DNA of 38,425 nucleotides from a virus. The stretch is taken from UHGV virus genome UHGV-0222321; one strand, 5' to 3'. This document shows, piece after piece, positions 36,523 through 38,425 of the stretch. Within the stretch, counting starts at the first letter, position 1; every line of letters starts with the position of its first letter. The notes beneath the pieces were generated by a model. That model searched no databases. It saw only the letters and a program-made list of their open reading frames with translations, and was not told the origin of the DNA. A program made the position numbers and the translations under genes.

Positions 36523-36625
36523 TATAAAAGATAAGTTATTCAGCCGGGTGGAACTCTGGCATCTCTTTAAGATTGCTAGGGCGTGATAGCTACCTGTTCT
36601 ATCCTTAAAATAACTTACCTTTATA
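36523..36625 (-). ncRNA. Candidate structured intergenic RNA
   Basis: ~17-bp closing stem with a G-U pair on the minus strand, enclosing further stems. Confidence 0.5.
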
Positions 36626-36634
36626 TCTCTGAAA

Positions 36635-37678
36635 TTAGTGGCAAACTTTACAAGGTCTGGATTTTCCGCTTTCCGAAATAGAACCACTATATATATTCTT
36701 TGAGCGGCTTAAACTTGGACAATTTGGAGTTGAATGATAAACATCACCACTTGCCACCCAATATACAGTCTCTCCAGTTTGAACTTGCTGTTGAGAAGAT
36801 GTTTGATTTTGAGTTTCCTGTTCGGCTTGGATGCGAGCCTCTTCTTCTGCTTTTTGTTTTGCCTCTTGCTCGGCTTGGATGCGAGCTTCTTCTTCGGCCT
36901 TTTGCCTTGCCTCTTGTTCGGCTTGTTTTCGTTTGGCTTCTTTGTCAGGATCGGTAACGGTTATTTTTTCTTTATTACTTTTTATTGAATCATTTGCAAT
37001 CAAGTAAATATCAGCGCTTCCCTCATTTTTAAAAGTCAATATGGCTTTGCCGTTTTTGTATTTGACAGATGCAATATCATTATCTGATATATCCAAAGAG
37101 GAAATATTCGCATCTTTTGGAGAGAGATCTAAAGTAATAGACGGCTTTTCTGTAATTGCAAAATCCTTTTTATCCAAACTTATATGTAATTTTTCCAAGT
37201 CTGGGGTAGAGGGTAAATTTATACATAAAATAAGAGATACCAATGTTATACATCCTGAAATCAAAATGTGTTTTCGCTTTTTCTTTTTATCAGGATTCTT
37301 TCGAATAGCAAAAAATATAGTAATAAAGATTCCTGGTAGCCATAAAATTGGTGACAAAATAATCGCTGCAAGAATTAATATAAAATACAGAAGATATACT
37401 AAGCAGCCTTTATTTTTCTTGTCATCATTGTCAGGAAAATTAGAATCAGCCTGTGGAGTATTGGATGTAGAGTGGGAAGTAGAAGATGTTTTACTTCCGG
37501 ATGTTTCTACATAACTGATTCCAGTCCCGGGAATTCCAATACTTTTGGTGCGTTTCCCTTTTGAATTGATCGTGTAATGGGCACCACGAGTTCCAAACGT
37601 AATACTGGTGCTTTTTTTGTTAAGATTCAGCTTTACGCCAGGAGCAATTTTAAAACTTTTTCTAAATCTTAATGCCAT
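36635..37678 (-). CDS. DUF4236-domain membrane protein with Ig-like region, charged coiled coil and C-terminal Cys motif
   Basis: MALRFRKSFKIAPGVKLNL...GIPGTGISY; TM segments; YH...C...PCKVCH. Confidence 0.88.
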   Translation of the reverse strand: MALRFRKSFKIAPGVKLNLNKKSTSITFGTRGAHYTINSKGKRTKSIGIPGTGISYVETSGSKTSSTSHSTSNTPQADSNFPDNDDKKNKGCLVYLLYFILILAAIILSPILWLPGIFITIFFAIRKNPDKKKKRKHILISGCITLVSLILCINLPSTPDLEKLHISLDKKDFAITEKPSITLDLSPKDANISSLDISDNDIASVKYKNGKAILTFKNEGSADIYLIANDSIKSNKEKITVTDPDKEAKRKQAEQEARQKAEEEARIQAEQEAKQKAEEEARIQAEQETQNQTSSQQQVQTGETVYWVASGDVYHSTPNCPSLSRSKNIYSGSISESGKSRPCKVCH

Positions 37679-37734
37679 TTTTCCTCCCTTTCCCCTTACA
37701 TTGAGTAAACCCATTTATATAATCGCTTATGCGG

Positions 37735-38202
37735 TTATACCTTTTCCATGACTGCCAGATTCGGAATAAAATAAATTATGTAATTATCTATTTCGGTACA
37801 AATACCGTACTTATCACGATAGCAGTCGATGCATTCTTGTAAATATTCTACTGTTACTTCTAAAAATTCAGAAGCCTCATATGCTGACTGGCATCCCGAT
37901 TCAAAAGCGTTGACGATCCCGGTCAGCCCGATCAACTTGTTATATCCCCACAGGCGAGCCTGTCGTTCCTGTTTCCGGTTTGACAGATCTTCCATATTTA
38001 GGATATTTCCGACTGATGTATGATGGTGTCCAAGCTCTTCTGCAAGAACACAGATTTTTTCTGTTGTATTATATACTGATGTATTAATGGCAATATTGCC
38101 ATCTATGTATATACCTTTTAGACTCTCTTCTCCCAAGTAGTAATCATGTATTTTTACTTTATCTTCAAAGGCTTCCTGTTCTAATTTTTCCAGCTTATTC
38201 AC
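37735..38202 (-). CDS. ImmA/IrrE family metallopeptidase
   Basis: LAEELGHH...KQERQAR; next to the repressor; GTG with SD GGAGGG. Confidence 0.88.
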   Translation of the reverse strand: MNKLEKLEQEAFEDKVKIHDYYLGEESLKGIYIDGNIAINTSVYNTTEKICVLAEELGHHHTSVGNILNMEDLSNRKQERQARLWGYNKLIGLTGIVNAFESGCQSAYEASEFLEVTVEYLQECIDCYRDKYGICTEIDNYIIYFIPNLAVMEKV

Positions 38203-38257
38203 GGCAATCCCTCCATATTTTACAGTATATTTAGAAGAGGTGTGTAATAAACTGGAC

Positions 38258-38425
38258 TTACTTATCTTCCTGCTTGATGAATTTCGCAAAAGCTTCTATT
38301 CTGTCGAGCTGCTCCTCAGTGAATTCAGTTCCATCAAAGTGGGCGGCGCGGGTATGAGGCTCTGGTTCTTCATTGCAAAAATATTCTGCCGTAACTCCAA
38401 GCGCCCTTGCAATTTTAATTAATGA
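38258..38425 (-). CDS. XRE-family repressor (CI/ImmR-like), C-terminal part; 5' end outside the window
   Basis: SLIKIARALGVTAEYF...AAHFDGTEFTEEQLDRIEAFAKFIKQEDK*. Confidence 0.85.
   Translation of the reverse strand, partial: SLIKIARALGVTAEYFCNEEPEPHTRAAHFDGTEFTEEQLDRIEAFAKFIKQEDK

Larger units (their letters stand above)
277..38425. mobile_element. Temperate siphovirus (HK97-like head, serine integrase), nearly complete, linearised at the cI-cro switch
   Basis: Lysogeny, replication, packaging, head, tail and lysis modules all present; left boundary approximate. Confidence 0.93.

Overview
A nearly complete ~38 kb temperate siphovirus genome. The host is inferred to be Clostridiales/Lachnospiraceae-like from protein families and sequence style. 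Left to right: ~276 bp of apparent host DNA (end of a PHP-phosphatase gene, start of a truncated yerC/TrpR-like gene); a cro-led early region with small leftward self-promoted cassettes, two DUF2829/Tad2-like genes (one broken) and an HUH rolling-circle Rep with a candidate nick site and counter-transcript; accessory genes (VRR-NUC, sigma factor, PAPS-reductase-like); a RinA/ArpU-like late activator, hicAB and tRNA-Ile(UAU); an HK97-like packaging and head module; tail, collagen-rich fibres and a lysis cassette; an antirepressor; an apparently intact attP and a serine integrase; and a leftward lysogeny block (MazF/PemK-like, Uma2, DUF4236, ImmA, partial repressor). Most notable: (1) an orphan MazF/PemK-like gene with its own ~100-nt structured RNA in a direct-repeat-bounded cassette, a candidate RNA-antitoxin or defence system; (2) a -1 frameshift extending the capsid protein; (3) a plasmid-like rolling-circle replicon; (4) a host/phage junction at the cI-cro switch rather than at att. 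All family assignments come from motif recognition by eye; no database searches were run.
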